A stretch of DNA of 64,000 nucleotides from an uncultured Alphaproteobacteria bacterium. GTDB lineage: Bacteria; Pseudomonadota; Alphaproteobacteria; Rs-D84. Below the pieces are notes generated by a model. It searched no databases. It was not told the DNA's origin and worked only from the letters and a program-made list of their open reading frames with translations. Below are positions 20,457-29,727 of this stretch, piece by piece. The position numbers and the translations under genes are program-made. The DNA lies in NCBI GenBank assembly GCA_905233975.1, contig CAJOGD010000001.1:162635-226634 (forward strand). The letters run 5' to 3'. Numbering within the stretch: position 1 is the first letter of the stretch; each line of letters opens with the position of its first letter.

Positions 20457-21500
20457 ATGTTAAAAATGATAAAATCTTTGATGATGCCACGCGCAACGAA
20501 AGTGACCGCGGGCGAATTGGCGGAAATGTTCGGTTTGGAACTGCGCGGAAATCCGAACACCGTTATATCGGGCGTTGCGCCGATCGCGGACGCGCGTGCG
20601 GGTCAAATTGCGTTCTATTCGACGGAACAGAACAGCAATGCGTTCAAGATTTTACCCGTATCTGTTTTGGAAAATACGCGCGCAAGTGTGATTTTATTGC
20701 AACCGGAAATGGTGTCGCATGCGCCAAATGGTGCGACGCTGTTGGTGTGCAACAGCCCGCGCGGCGAAATCGTAAAAATTTTGGGTGTGGTCTATCGCGA
20801 ACCGCCGCGGCGCGGAATATCTTCCGACGCGGTTATCGAACGTGGCGTGTTCTTTCGCAATCGGCGCAGTGTTTATGTCGGTCAATTCGCAACAATCGAA
20901 TCCGGCGCGGTTATCGAACCGGATGTGAAAATTTACCCGAATGTATATATCGGTCGTAACGTCACGATTGGTCGCGGAACGGTCGTTCATTCGGGCGCAC
21001 ATATTGAAAACGCAACAATCGGCGCGGATTGCGTAATTCACAATGGCGCATCAATTGGCAAGGACGGATTCGGCTATACCCGCCAAGACGGCCACAATGT
21101 CTTTATTCCGCACGTTGGTCGCGTTGTTATCGGCAACCGCGTGTCAATCGGTGCAAATTCCTGTGTCGATAGGGGTGCGCTTACTGATACAATGATTGGC
21201 GACGGGACCAAGGTGGATAACCTTTGCCAAATCGCGCATGGTGTTGTGATTGGTCGCGAATGCTTTTTGGCGGCGGGCGTCGGAATCGCGGGCGGTGTTA
21301 AAATCGGCGACCGCGCATTGCTTGCCGGGCATGTCGGCGTTGCCAACGGGGTCAAGATAGGTAATGATACCGAGGTTGGCGCGAACAGCGGCGTTTTCCG
21401 CGATATTCCGGACGGCGGTCGCCATATGGGCTATCCGGCGATGCCCGGGACGGAATTCTTGCGCCACTATGCGTGGGTAAAAAAACATATGAACGATTAA
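20457..21500 (+). CDS. lpxD: UDP-3-O-acylglucosamine N-acyltransferase
   Basis: Left-handed beta-helix hexapeptide repeats and an LpxD-like N-terminus. The true start may be an internal Met a few codons downstream. Confidence 0.8.
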   Translation: MLKMIKSLMMPRATKVTAGELAEMFGLELRGNPNTVISGVAPIADARAGQIAFYSTEQNSNAFKILPVSVLENTRASVILLQPEMVSHAPNGATLLVCNSPRGEIVKILGVVYREPPRRGISSDAVIERGVFFRNRRSVYVGQFATIESGAVIEPDVKIYPNVYIGRNVTIGRGTVVHSGAHIENATIGADCVIHNGASIGKDGFGYTRQDGHNVFIPHVGRVVIGNRVSIGANSCVDRGALTDTMIGDGTKVDNLCQIAHGVVIGRECFLAAGVGIAGGVKIGDRALLAGHVGVANGVKIGNDTEVGANSGVFRDIPDGGRHMGYPAMPGTEFLRHYAWVKKHMND

Positions 21501-21515
21501 TCAAAAGGGAACAAA

Positions 21516-21956
21516 ATGATTGATGCAACGGGTATAGAACGTGTTATTCCACATCGCGGCCACATGCGACTGGTTGATGAAATTCGCGAATTTACGGATA
21601 AAACCGCGACGGGCATAAAGTATGTGCGCGACGACGAATTTTGGTGCGCGGGTCATTTCCCGGCAAAATCAATCATGCCCGGCGTGTTGATAGTAGAGGC
21701 ATTGGCCCAAACCGCGTGCTTTACGATACTGAATGCAATCGGAAACAACGGCGGCAAAGCATTGGGCTATTTCGTCACAATCGAAAACGCAAAGTTCACA
21801 CATATGGTCGTGCCGGGCGATGTGTTGGAATTAAAGATAGAAGAAGTTGGCGCAAAAATGAAGCTGCACAAATTCGTTGGAAACGCGTTTGTAAATGGCA
21901 AACGTGTCGCAACGGCAACCTTTTCCGCCATGTTGGACAACGACCCACAGATTTAA
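21516..21956 (+). CDS. fabZ: 3-hydroxyacyl-[ACP] dehydratase
   Basis: Hot-dog fold, HFPAKSIMPGVLIVEALAQ motif. It follows lpxD as in the lpxD-fabZ-lpxA cluster. Confidence 0.85.
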   Translation: MIDATGIERVIPHRGHMRLVDEIREFTDKTATGIKYVRDDEFWCAGHFPAKSIMPGVLIVEALAQTACFTILNAIGNNGGKALGYFVTIENAKFTHMVVPGDVLELKIEEVGAKMKLHKFVGNAFVNGKRVATATFSAMLDNDPQI

Positions 21957-22009
21957 ATCGTTATTCCCAAAAATACTTTTGCGCCTTCACCGATTAGAAA
22001 TGCGGCGAA
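21953..22009. repeat. 57-bp direct repeat, copy 1 (a duplicated 3' end of the VIT-family gene). Copy 2 is at 23632-23688.
   Basis: ttaaatcgttattcccaaaaa(t/c)acttttgcgccttc(a/g)ccgattagaaa(t/c)gcggcgaa. 54 of 57 positions are identical. The two copies flank the 22010-23631 cassette. Confidence 0.85.
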
Positions 22010-22038
22010 GCGTAAGCGAAGACGGACGCGCCTGCGTT

Positions 22039-23376
22039 TTATTGAGCATTGGATGATATTGTTTGTATAAAGTGAACCGGCAAATCTGAACAATTAATAG
22101 TCCCTCCTTCAGATATATTTGCAGTATACTCTGCATAATACATAGCGCAATTACTTATATTCGCACATAAATGTTCGTTTACGTATGCCTGGGGGGAAAT
22201 ACCATCTGGCATATTAACAGCATACTCTGTGTTAATAAAACCTGACTGAGTATTAATGTTTGTGACACTATGTCCCGCTTGCCGTTTGAGTATACTGAAC
22301 CTGTTGTTACCTTTTTCACATAAAGAGCACCATTTATCCGAAAAAGTTCCACCACAGAAATTCAAGGCAAAATCTACAATTTCGCTATCTGATGCATCCG
22401 TTTCATATGTATAATATTTTACAAGTTCACCATACCGAGAATTTAAGTTAATAAGGTTAAAATATGGTTCTTGTTGTGTGCCACCCCCCGGATTTGTTGC
22501 GAGAGAGGCAATGGCTTCTTGAACAGCGCCCGCAGTAATCAATTGGTCTTCGTCCTCCATGTTTTCTAAACTTGTTGCTATCATTGTTGGTCTTATACGA
22601 ACTTCTTTTGCATTAGATGAATTGGTGTGCAATTCTATATAATCGCTACCGATGGCAATAGGGGTCCACCCACCATTTGGGGCACCAAGACTTAACGTTG
22701 TTGATTGGTCTTGTTTTTCATTCAGGGCGTTTGTTACGATTTTATTTTGTACGGGGTGTGTACTGGTTGTGGATAGGTTTCCGTCAACGACAATAACATC
22801 GTCGCCACCAATTACAACGTCACCAACATGAACAACGACCAAATTACCGTTCGGGTCGGTCCAGGTCATATTTCCCCTATCGTCAAGTTGGGGCAATTTT
22901 TTGATTACACTCGATAGTAAATTATCTATTTCTTCCTTTGTGTATGTTTTGGATTCGACGCTAGATGTGATTTTATTATCAATATTTGATTCTGTTATGA
23001 CTGTGCTTTGTTCTGCCTTGGCATCGACGAGTTTAGCTTGTAATTCTTCAATTTGTGAATTGATTTCGGCAAGGTCTTGTTTGGCGGCTTCTTGGTCTTT
23101 TATTGGCTTGGATTTCGAACTTTTGAAAAGTTTGGCTATTGCCATACGCGCTTCGGTTGATTCGTTTTTAACGGGTGTGGCAACAGATGTTGCATTGGAC
23201 ACAGGCGTTGTTTTTAATGTTGGGGCGCGCAGTGTTCCGGCGCGCGCCGATGTGATTGCTTGGGGTGTTGAATTTGTATTGTTTCCTGTTTTGGGCACCC
23301 GCACCGATGCCGCACCAAACGCCGCGGTTGTTATTGTGACAAGTGCTGTCGTGGTGAAAAGTGTTTTGGCCTTCAT
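22039..23376 (-). CDS. Secreted Ser/Thr-rich coiled-coil protein (445 aa), cargo of the inserted cassette
   Basis: Signal peptide MKAKTLFTTTALVTITTAAFGAAS. A coiled coil (EINSQIEELQAKLVDAKAE) is followed by a beta-rich C-terminus (VVVHVGDVVIGGDDVIVVDG). It is preceded by the family -10 box. Confidence 0.7.
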   Translation of the reverse strand: MKAKTLFTTTALVTITTAAFGAASVRVPKTGNNTNSTPQAITSARAGTLRAPTLKTTPVSNATSVATPVKNESTEARMAIAKLFKSSKSKPIKDQEAAKQDLAEINSQIEELQAKLVDAKAEQSTVITESNIDNKITSSVESKTYTKEEIDNLLSSVIKKLPQLDDRGNMTWTDPNGNLVVVHVGDVVIGGDDVIVVDGNLSTTSTHPVQNKIVTNALNEKQDQSTTLSLGAPNGGWTPIAIGSDYIELHTNSSNAKEVRIRPTMIATSLENMEDEDQLITAGAVQEAIASLATNPGGGTQQEPYFNLINLNSRYGELVKYYTYETDASDSEIVDFALNFCGGTFSDKWCSLCEKGNNRFSILKRQAGHSVTNINTQSGFINTEYAVNMPDGISPQAYVNEHLCANISNCAMYYAEYTANISEGGTINCSDLPVHFIQTISSNAQ

Positions 23377-23631
23377 TTTTTCTCCTTGCCTTCGTGCTAG
23401 GTAAACAGGACATAAAACAGCCCCGAACCAGATTTCATGGATTCAACGTTATTGTATCACAAAAAATGGACAATGAAAAATATATAATTTTGGTTGCGTT
23501 TTTGAACACCGTCATACCGCGGAAACGCGGTATCGTGTCGAACTTTCTGTGAATTTGCTATACGGATGAAACCACCCACAAAAATGTTACACATTTTTGT
23601 GGGGCTCGGTACTGCGGTATGACGGTGATTC
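23377..23631 (-). promoter_or_regulatory. Short leader with the family -10 box, plus a MITE-like palindromic module at the cassette's right end
   Basis: Box TGATACAATAA (rc of 23451-23461). Palindromes gtcataccgcggaaacgcggtat and cccacaaaaatgttacacatttttgtggg, also found at 38008-38075. Confidence 0.5.
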
Positions 23632-24120
23632 TTAAATCGTTATTCCCAAAAACACTTTTGCGCCTTCGCCGATTAGAAACGCGGCGAATGTGACAAGAAA
23701 GCATACCGAAAGCATTTCAATAAATGCCGGCCAGAATCTCTGGGCGTTTAGTTTTGATTTAAGAAAATTGAAAAAGAATATTATCGCGACCGCCACAACA
23801 TAGGTCATGATTGTTGCGATAATTGTATTCGACGTGAAAACAAACGGAACCAGCAGCATGCCGGCCGTTGCAACATATGCGCCGCCCGTCATAAACCCGC
23901 GCGCGGCCGCAATGCGCACGTTGCCACCCGCCTTTTGCGACAGGTATTCCGACGCCGTCATTGAAAGCCCCGCCGACATTGCGGCGATTGTCCCGGTCAG
24001 CACGATGACATATTGCGTTGCGTCTGCGAATGCAAGTCCCACAACCAGCCCCAGCGTCGAAACCAACGCATCGTGCATGCCCAAAACCAATGATGACCAA
24101 AAAGAATCTTGCGAAGTCAT
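23632..24120 (-). CDS. VIT1/CCC1-family (DUF125) membrane protein, iron/manganese transporter-like
   Basis: Multi-TM pattern with conserved G and E residues typical of the VIT family. Its 3' end is the template for the duplicated 57-bp repeat. Confidence 0.5.
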   Translation of the reverse strand: MTSQDSFWSSLVLGMHDALVSTLGLVVGLAFADATQYVIVLTGTIAAMSAGLSMTASEYLSQKAGGNVRIAAARGFMTGGAYVATAGMLLVPFVFTSNTIIATIMTYVVAVAIIFFFNFLKSKLNAQRFWPAFIEMLSVCFLVTFAAFLIGEGAKVFLGITI

Positions 24121-24174
24121 GTAAAAAATTTACCCCATTTTCATGGGGCAAATATACAAGATTAAATTCATATT

Positions 24175-24792
24175 TTACCATGTTGGCGCATGGTCGCCTT
24201 CCTTTACAATCGGGCGTTCGTCTTCCCACACCGAAAGACCGGTTTTAATATCGGTAAGTGTCATTTGCAAATAATATTCTACGCGCGTATCAATCGATGA
24301 AAACCAACCAGATTGCAATTTCATATTACGCTGAATCATCTTTCCTGAAAGCGACATGTTCGGCGCAACCAACGTTCCCTTTTGTGCGATTGTTGATTGG
24401 TCATATTCGTCATCACCGCGCGCCGCACGCACCGCATATGTTGATGTGTCTTCGGAGTAATCGTTATTTTCAAACGCGGTTGAAACCTGCGCCCGACCAG
24501 AATTGATAAGCGTCATGCGAATTTTTTTAACCAAAATATCCGTATCGAACCGCTGCATAGTATCGTTTTTTATTTCACCGATTCCAATCACCGGATTTTT
24601 TACGCGTGCAAACGCGCCACTGGCCAGCATAGATTTAGTCATGGCTTCTGCGGTTTGTGTCCAATCGCGATATTCCAATTCCATTACATGTTGCATATCG
24701 GCAACTTCCTTTTCGTCGTTCAAATCAACAACGCGCACTTCGCCACAGCCAACCAATGCGGCACATAGCGCAAACGGTAAAAGTTTTTTCAT
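24175..24792 (-). CDS. Lipoprotein, LpoB-like (penicillin-binding-protein activator family)
   Basis: Lipobox ALVGC. Size and motif pattern resemble LpoB (COG3417). Confidence 0.4.
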   Translation of the reverse strand: MKKLLPFALCAALVGCGEVRVVDLNDEKEVADMQHVMELEYRDWTQTAEAMTKSMLASGAFARVKNPVIGIGEIKNDTMQRFDTDILVKKIRMTLINSGRAQVSTAFENNDYSEDTSTYAVRAARGDDEYDQSTIAQKGTLVAPNMSLSGKMIQRNMKLQSGWFSSIDTRVEYYLQMTLTDIKTGLSVWEDERPIVKEGDHAPTW

Positions 24793-24804
24793 GTTTTCTC
24801 CTTT

Positions 24805-26022
24805 TTATTTTGTTTTCATTATTTTTATATCTTGCCGGCCGTCCGCCAACCGAACATAGACCAAATAATTTCCGGGCGTTTCAATATTAACCTTTGCAAT
24901 AACATTACCATGCGATTTTAAATCAATCAAGCCATTGTTCTTCACGCGCAGCACCGAAATAGTTTTCGGCAGTGTCGCCCACGTCCGCACCTCTGCATTC
25001 GTTGTCGATTCAGAATAAATCAGTGACAACAACCCCAAGATTTGCGCCGCATCGGAATCAGAATTAAACATCGTTGCCTGTAATGCCGCACGTCCCGCCG
25101 CCGCGGCCACCGCACGCAGAACTTCATTTGTGTGATATTCGTTATATTCCGTCATAAACATTGCGTCAACATTCGCGATTTGTTCCGCGCCGTCAATCGT
25201 GACGTTTCCATTCAACAAAATCGGCTGCGATACTGCGACCGTCACCAACGACAACCCCTTGTCCACCACCAATGGCAAACTGGTGCGTCGTTCGGTCAGT
25301 TTCGGCGCGAACCCATCTTCGATAAAAATCCAAATGGTGTTTTTGGGTTTCTTTTTTGATTGCGCCAAATTTAAATCGTCCACAACGAACCCGTTTTCCG
25401 GCACCATGCCATGCGCACGCCCAAGGTATGTCACCGCATCATTAAAATCGCCCGCTGTTAGAAAGTAAATACCCGACAAATACATCAGCGCCGGATTCAT
25501 AATATCGCGATACGCGGCCCACCGTTCTATTTTGTCCGCGGTTTCTGTGTGTTCTGCGATTTCTTTCTGGTTGGATTCAACAAGTTTTTTATACGCGACC
25601 GACATGTTTTGTTGTCGCGCATAAGATTGATTGATAATCACACGTGCGTCGTTCCATCGCCCGTCCGCAATCGCCGCCCATAACTGATAATAAGACACAA
25701 ATAATGTGTCCATCATAAACGGCCGATAATCATTTGCGTTTGCGCCGAATGCAAAGTTCGTCGCTTCGCGCCAAAAATCGCCAGATGTGACGTCCGTATT
25801 TTTCCGATTGAATTCTTCGTACATTGCGTCCGCACCGGCAATGTCGCCGTCGTGAAACTTTTTGTCGGCATTGATTAACAGACCAAGGTTGCCGTCGCCC
25901 GCAAATTGTGATTCGCCCGCGGTCATATATGTTCCGCGCACTAAATCCAGGCGCGATTCGACCGCCGCACTGCACCCCGACAACAAAACCAATATCGCCA
26001 AGAAACGTGATAGTTTTAACAT
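24805..26022 (-). CDS. Lipoprotein (405 aa), probably co-operonic with the LpoB-like gene
   Basis: Lipobox LLSGCS. There is a 12-nt gap to the downstream gene. Confidence 0.5.
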   Translation of the reverse strand: MLKLSRFLAILVLLSGCSAAVESRLDLVRGTYMTAGESQFAGDGNLGLLINADKKFHDGDIAGADAMYEEFNRKNTDVTSGDFWREATNFAFGANANDYRPFMMDTLFVSYYQLWAAIADGRWNDARVIINQSYARQQNMSVAYKKLVESNQKEIAEHTETADKIERWAAYRDIMNPALMYLSGIYFLTAGDFNDAVTYLGRAHGMVPENGFVVDDLNLAQSKKKPKNTIWIFIEDGFAPKLTERRTSLPLVVDKGLSLVTVAVSQPILLNGNVTIDGAEQIANVDAMFMTEYNEYHTNEVLRAVAAAAGRAALQATMFNSDSDAAQILGLLSLIYSESTTNAEVRTWATLPKTISVLRVKNNGLIDLKSHGNVIAKVNIETPGNYLVYVRLADGRQDIKIMKTK

Positions 26023-26026
26023 ATTC

Positions 26027-28285
26027 CTATCTTACAACAGGTGCCAAATCTTTCAACTCATTTGTTTGCGGGTTGTAATAGCGCGGATTTCCATTATATT
26101 CCAAAATCGCATGATGCATAGGAATCAGAAATTCCGGCAACGGCGATGACCGCCCCATTTTCATGTATTCTGACATCTTCGGGTCGCTAAACGCCATGCG
26201 CATTTCTGCCTTGATTGGACGTTGATACCAACCTTCGTACAATATAACCGCTTCGGCCGGTTTTCCACCAACAGTGACTTTCAGTTTCATAAGGTCGAAC
26301 TCACTAAACACCGGTTCTTCCTTCTTTTCTTTCTGTTCTGTTTCCTTGCCGTCCGGGCCTTTGACCTTTTTCTTTTCGGTTGTTATCTTCATTGGCATCA
26401 TTTTTGCAAATCGCACAGCGGTATCGATATCGTTTTGGCGGAACACAATCTTTGCCGCCGTTGTTGACATAATCGTTGCCGCCGCATCCGCACCGTATCT
26501 CTCTTGAATCTGGTGAATGTCCTGACCGATGAACAGATACGATATCTGCTGACTACGACCGACATCGGGCCCTTGGATAACGGCCTGCATCTTTTGCATT
26601 TTTGGCATTTCATCAAGCAAGAATAACACCGGATACGGTCCCATTTTTTCGCCACTGCGCCCGACGTGATCCGGTGGATTGGCAAGCAAGAAATTCGACA
26701 TCGTTTCAATAAACATTGCGGTAATTGGATTTAACGCCTTGGCATCAACCATGTTGATGGACAGATACACCGTCACCGGCTTCATTTTTCCGTCGCGTGG
26801 GTCAACCATTCCGCGCATATCGGCAAAATGAAAGTCCGAATGCGACGTCCGATTACGAACGGCGGCGTTGCGGAATATGGCAAGTCCGGTCAATATTGTT
26901 GAAATAATTGACCCGCGTTCGGTTGCCGGTGTGTTGGCCAATTTAGTAAGTTCCGCCACCGCACGATTTGAATACGCGAACGCGCGACATTCGGCCACCG
27001 CACCTTCCAACCAATCTTTCATTGGGTCCGCCATCATAACCGTTTGATCACCCTGCTTTTGTCGTTCTGCTAAATTTGCCGCAACGGCAATTTGCGCTTC
27101 GGTAATCCAATCAAGCATCATGGAAAATGACGCCTCTTTTCCAAGCCACATTTGCGGTATGTTTGCCCACGTTCCGATATGCACGTAATTCATCGCGTTT
27201 AATTCGCCATTCTTCAACAGGCCCATCGCTGCAAAGGCATTTGGGTCATTTACCATTGAAAAATAGTAATCGGAAAGCACCGCCGCGTCTTCGGCATCAA
27301 ATGTTCCGGATTGAAGTCGGCCATAGAAATAATCGTCCGCCTTGGCACGTTCGATTTTCGAAACGATGAATTGAATAAACCCGGCAAGCCCCGCCCGCCC
27401 AGATTGTGTCCAGTGTGGGTCGGCACTGCTGCCCGTTGCATCGGGGACAAGTACATCGCAAATATAATCGACATACAATTCGCGTTGTTCAATGCTAAAC
27501 GGTATATGCCCCGGCGAAAGCGGATTCCACGACGGATAATAAATACCCTTTTCTGGTTCGTCTTGGCCCGCCCAATTCATAATGAATACCGGACCAACCC
27601 GTTCCGAACGAAAGCCACTGGACTTTTCGTCGATTTCCGGTTTTGGGTCGTTTATAATCATCGACACATTTTGGCATTCAAAAATCGTAGGCAACGCAAT
27701 AGCCTGGGTTTTACCGGTTCCCGGGGGCGCCAAGCACAAAACAGATAATGTTTTTGGTAGTTTCAATGGCTTTTTCTTAAAATACCCAAGTACCATCATG
27801 AAACCATCAAACAGGCCCATTTCTTTGACGTCTTTCTCGTTCGCTTCACGCCCAGATTTTTTGTCGAATTCGTCCTTTCCGTTCGGATTGAATTCTTTCT
27901 TTAACGTATCATCGACCAAAAGGTAATACGCCAACACCGGAATCAGTGGCACAATGCACGCAAAATCCGGGTGCATAAGACACCTTACAACCCAATATGG
28001 AATTTCCGCAACGACCGATAGGCCCGCGCTTTGAAACATGTTGGTTAAATAGATTTTCATCCAATTCGCGGTTGCCGGCGACCAACCATATCGCCACAAA
28101 TGTTCAAACAAAAACGAAAAGCAAAACACCAACGCGCATATCAACCACACGCCAATCGACCAACGCAGAGCCCAAAAAACCTGGGCCATGGGGGTTTGTT
28201 CGTGTTCTTTATATGCGCTGGATTTGAAAATATTCAAACCCTTGCTATCTTTGCCCGCAGATAAAATCTTGAACTTTTGAACCAT
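26027..28285 (-). CDS. virD4: Type IV secretion system coupling protein (VirD4/TraG/TraD family)
   Basis: N-terminal TM helices, Walker A LAPPGTGKTQAIALPT, and the family motif IINDPKPEI. 752 aa. Confidence 0.7.
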   Translation of the reverse strand: MVQKFKILSAGKDSKGLNIFKSSAYKEHEQTPMAQVFWALRWSIGVWLICALVFCFSFLFEHLWRYGWSPATANWMKIYLTNMFQSAGLSVVAEIPYWVVRCLMHPDFACIVPLIPVLAYYLLVDDTLKKEFNPNGKDEFDKKSGREANEKDVKEMGLFDGFMMVLGYFKKKPLKLPKTLSVLCLAPPGTGKTQAIALPTIFECQNVSMIINDPKPEIDEKSSGFRSERVGPVFIMNWAGQDEPEKGIYYPSWNPLSPGHIPFSIEQRELYVDYICDVLVPDATGSSADPHWTQSGRAGLAGFIQFIVSKIERAKADDYFYGRLQSGTFDAEDAAVLSDYYFSMVNDPNAFAAMGLLKNGELNAMNYVHIGTWANIPQMWLGKEASFSMMLDWITEAQIAVAANLAERQKQGDQTVMMADPMKDWLEGAVAECRAFAYSNRAVAELTKLANTPATERGSIISTILTGLAIFRNAAVRNRTSHSDFHFADMRGMVDPRDGKMKPVTVYLSINMVDAKALNPITAMFIETMSNFLLANPPDHVGRSGEKMGPYPVLFLLDEMPKMQKMQAVIQGPDVGRSQQISYLFIGQDIHQIQERYGADAAATIMSTTAAKIVFRQNDIDTAVRFAKMMPMKITTEKKKVKGPDGKETEQKEKKEEPVFSEFDLMKLKVTVGGKPAEAVILYEGWYQRPIKAEMRMAFSDPKMSEYMKMGRSSPLPEFLIPMHHAILEYNGNPRYYNPQTNELKDLAPVVR

Positions 28286-28342
28286 CGTGTTATGATTATA
28301 TCAGAAAAAAGAAAAACAATAAAGCATGGAAACGAATTTTAT

Positions 28343-29002
28343 ATGAAAAATATTCCGCGCATTTTTATCGACCATGAAATCAAAACCGGTGACAGTTTCC
28401 CGGTGGATAAATCGGTGTCGCACTATTTGTCGCACGTTATGCGTACCAATAAATGTATTGTTTTTGGGCGCGGCCACGAATTTAACGCCGAACTTGCGAC
28501 GGATGGAAAAACTATGACGGTTGGGGCGGATACCGGACACGCGGACGTCGTTTCCGATATAACACTTTATTTCGCGCCGATAAAGCGCACCGATGATTTG
28601 ATTGCGATGGCGACCCAGATGGGGATAAAAAAATTCGTGCCGGTGATAACCGAACACACCGTAAATCATCATGTTAATTGGGAACGTATGCGCAAGATTG
28701 CGATTGAATCCGCCGAACAATCAAATTGCAACAGTGTCCCTGAAATTGCCGCGCCGATAAAGTTTGATAAATTAAACCTGTCGTCGCTTTGCTTTGCGGA
28801 CGAACGTTTTGCATATGGCGACAAACCCGCACCGGAAAACCCAACGGACGCGAATGCGATTTTGGTCGGACCCGAAGGTGGTTTTTCTGAATCTGAATTT
28901 GCGGCATTGGACGCGGCGGGCGCGATTCCGATGTCACTTGGAAAAACAATTCTGCGTGCCGAAGTTGCCGCGGTCATAGCCATAGAAAAGATACGAAAAT
29001 GA
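28343..29002 (+). CDS. rsmE: 16S rRNA (uracil1498-N3)-methyltransferase RsmE
   Basis: PRIFID start typical of RsmE and a C-terminal SPOUT motif ILVGPEGGFSESE. The start was set at the internal Met (MKNIPRIF). Confidence 0.7.
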   Translation: MKNIPRIFIDHEIKTGDSFPVDKSVSHYLSHVMRTNKCIVFGRGHEFNAELATDGKTMTVGADTGHADVVSDITLYFAPIKRTDDLIAMATQMGIKKFVPVITEHTVNHHVNWERMRKIAIESAEQSNCNSVPEIAAPIKFDKLNLSSLCFADERFAYGDKPAPENPTDANAILVGPEGGFSESEFAALDAAGAIPMSLGKTILRAEVAAVIAIEKIRK

Positions 29003-29700
29003 AAATACGAATTGCAAAATTTATTGCCGACAGTGGTATAACATCGCGCCGCGGTGCGGAACAAATGATTGCCGACGGCAAAGTCATTGTGAACGGTGTG
29101 CCCGCGACAACGCCGGTAATGTTTGTTGATGACGCGGACGAAATAGTGGTGAACGGTAAAAAAATCGAACCGCGCACAGATACGGAACTTTACGCGTTTC
29201 ACAAACCAATCGGCACAATGACAACTACGCGTGACCCGCGCGGCCGCAACACTATCTATGATATTTTGCCGCGTGAATATCGCCATTTGCGTTATGTCGG
29301 GCGGTTGGATTTTAAAACAACCGGATTGTTGCTTATGACGAACGACGGATTGCTTGCGCGGAAACTGACCGCGCCGAACGCGAATATTCCACGTGTCTAT
29401 ATTGTTGATGTCGCGGGAAACAACATGTCGAAATTGGACAAGGCACGCAAAGGTATCACCATTGACGGAATAAAATATCGCCCGATGAAAATTGAAATAT
29501 TGCGCGATAAAAAATTACGCGTCACCGTCACCGAAGGTAAAAAGAATGAAATCCGCATTGTGTTAAAGCATTGTGGGTTGCCAGTGCGAACACTGCACCG
29601 CGTTATGTATGGCCCGATAAGCATAAAAGATATCCCGACGGGAAAAATTGTTAAATTAGATGAAAAAACAATTGACGACTTTATAAAAACTTATCTATAA
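28999..29700 (+). CDS. rRNA pseudouridine synthase (RsuA/RluB family)
   Basis: S4 domain (RIAKFIADSGITSRRGAEQMIADGKV) and the catalytic motif YVGRLDFKTTGLLLMTNDG. Confidence 0.75.
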   Translation: MKIRIAKFIADSGITSRRGAEQMIADGKVIVNGVPATTPVMFVDDADEIVVNGKKIEPRTDTELYAFHKPIGTMTTTRDPRGRNTIYDILPREYRHLRYVGRLDFKTTGLLLMTNDGLLARKLTAPNANIPRVYIVDVAGNNMSKLDKARKGITIDGIKYRPMKIEILRDKKLRVTVTEGKKNEIRIVLKHCGLPVRTLHRVMYGPISIKDIPTGKIVKLDEKTIDDFIKTYL

Positions 29701-29727
29701 TCACGACATAAGGAAGGGAGATTTTGC

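Noticed and set aside
28301-29286. Reverse-strand ORFs of 139, 205 and 91 aa
   Set aside because: They are antisense to rsmE and the pseudouridine synthase gene. They have no SD and no motifs.
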